Origin: Okamejei kenojei
Taxonomy: Eukaryota
Direction of reading: 5' to 3'
NCBI GenBank assembly: GCA_035221665.1
Contig: CM069174.1
Location: forward strand, 10,664,001-10,728,000
DNA: 64,000 bases
A model generated the notes under the pieces. The model had not been told where the DNA came from. It did not search any database and saw only the letters and a list, made by a program, of their open reading frames with translations. The stretch's first letter is position 1. Each line of letters begins with the position of its first letter. Positions 62,220 to 64,000 of this stretch are shown here, one piece after another. Position numbers and translations under genes: made by a program.

Positions 62220-63304
62220 GTAAGTGTAGTGGCCTGAAAGTTGATGAAGCTGAGAGAAAGAACTCCTTTTGCAACTGCTCTATCCACCCCACTGAGCTGC
62301 TGTATTGGCTCATTTTTTCTCGCTGAGCAAGAAGGCTCCGTGTATAACCCCCAGCTCTGTGCCTCGAGCAAAGAAATACAGGCAGGCAGTACCATGAGAG
62401 TGCAGATGTTGGAATCTGGAGCAACAAACAATCTAATGTTAGACACACATTCCTCCTACTGGGCTATCTGACCAGCTGAGTTCCTCCAGCAGATTTATTA
62501 TACAAAGAGCCTGCCGCACTGGTCTCTCAGATGTGGGATGTCCTCTCTGTTTGCCTATGCATGTGCATCCCACATGACTATTTGAATGAAAGGGGCCACA
62601 ATTCCTCCTTTTTCTCCTAACCAACCCACTCCAATATTTTGTTTGTGGCTTCCTGTGACAGGCAAATGTTGCCACAGCATTTGCCTATGTAACAGGAGGA
62701 GCTGCACTCGAGGGTACGTCGTTGTGAAGCTTTATGGGCAAATTAAGAACATGAGCAGATGGTATGCAAATGTAATAACTAGGAACTGCTGGTTTATACC
62801 AAATATGGACACAAAATGCTGGAGTGACTCAGCAGGTCAGGCAGCATCTCAGGAGAACATGAATGGCTGATGTTTACCAACCATGCTCAATCTGCCCCTC
62901 CTCTCTCCCAGCTTTCTTCCCCCCACCCTACAATCAGTCTGAAGAAGTGTTCCAACCCAAAACATTACCTGTCCATGTTCCCCAGAGATGCTGCCAGACC
63001 CACTGAGTTACTCCAGCACTTTGTGTCTGTCTTTGATTTGCAAATGTACTTTCTTTTTGCAACACACCTGCTGTAACATCAGTTAATTCCAAACTGAATT
63101 GACTGATGGAAGGTCAGTCTGGCAATAGCTGCTCCCATTAATCATCCCTTCTCCTCTCATGGAGGTGTTTAAACATACGTGGTGACTAGAGGTAGCACAC
63201 TCGCCTTTAACTCCTTGGGTTGTGAGTTCAACCACTCCAGATCTTCAATCACTTTCAAAGCTGCCGTCATTCAAATGGTGCATTAAATTGAGGACCACCC
63301 TCAA

Positions 63305-63933
63305 TTTAAGTCAGACTCATCATGCAACAGCGAAAGCAACAGGTGTCCTAAACTTCCTGAGGTGCAACTTCCATCATTGTTCAGCTTCTGTCAAGGAGAA
63401 GCTGTATTTCACCCTCGTTAGACCTCATCTGGACTATGCATCTTGGGACCCATACACAGATAAAAACATTTCATCCATCGAGCGTGTCCAAAGACAGGCC
63501 GCTCGATTTGTTACTAACACCTATGATAAAGAAGCGAGTGTCACCAAACTTCTGAATTCTCTGGGGTGGAACCCTCTCCAAGACAGACGTGAAGCTCACC
63601 GTTTGACCTGTTTTTACAAAATGTTAAATGGTCAGCTAGACATAGATCACAAGACCTACACCAACCCCAAACCAATTAGGAGCAGACGAGGGCATTCGAT
63701 CCAATTTGTGGTCACAGCCACAAAGACAGATGTGTACAGCAATTCATTCTTCCCACACACTATTAAAGCATGGAATAATCTCCACCAAACCACGGTTGCC
63801 CAGCCAGATGCAACTAAATTTAAAGTGGCACTTTCATCCCAATAACCCTCTCTGGCTTAACCCCTCCCTTCACCGCCTCCAGTTTAAATTCCAGTTGGAA
63901 TATTTTGGAGGACCAAGTAACCAGGAACCAAGA
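63305..63933 (+). mobile_element. CR1-group LINE 3' portion, distinct from HER1 (invertebrate-like), with (accaaga)-like tail
   Basis: Open frame KATGVLNFLRCNF..KEKLYFTLVRPHLDYASWDPY..IERVQRQAARFV..LGWNPLQDRR..NSFFPHTIKAWNNL; tail accaagtaaccaggaaccaagaacc. Confidence 0.75.
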
Positions 63934-64000
63934 ACCCTCCTACTCTCTCCAGTAGAACTAAAAAGATCCACACTATGGATGCTGAAATGCTCATGTAGAG

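Overview
Vertebrate genomic DNA, not prokaryotic. The repeat set (HE1-type tRNA SINEs, HER1/CR1 3' ends, SacSINE/Deu-type SINE tails) points to a cartilaginous fish, probably a skate or ray (inference). Reconstructing spliced genes by hand gives four genes, all on +: MARCHF9 (coding exons 2-4; exon 1 not found in the window), a complete 6-exon METTL1 (264 aa), a complete 9-exon CYP27B1 (499 aa), and the first coding exon of an EEF1AKMT3/METTL21B homologue. That last exon is missed by the ORF track and is split by a 241-bp LINE 3'-end insertion. Relative to human 12q14, the METTL1-CYP27B1 pair is inverted. Introns and intergenic DNA are full of retroelements: Penelope-like (GIY-YIG), Rex1/Babar, CR1/HER1, Vingi, RTE-derived, an invertebrate-like CR1-group LINE, and DNA-transposon remnants. 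The most striking non-genic signal is a family of short, often fold-back, Penelope-terminal-derived insertions with 11-15 bp target-site duplications (TSDs), many carrying a minimal hammerhead-ribozyme core. Most ORFs in the supplied track are spurious. All family assignments are from recognition, not database searches.
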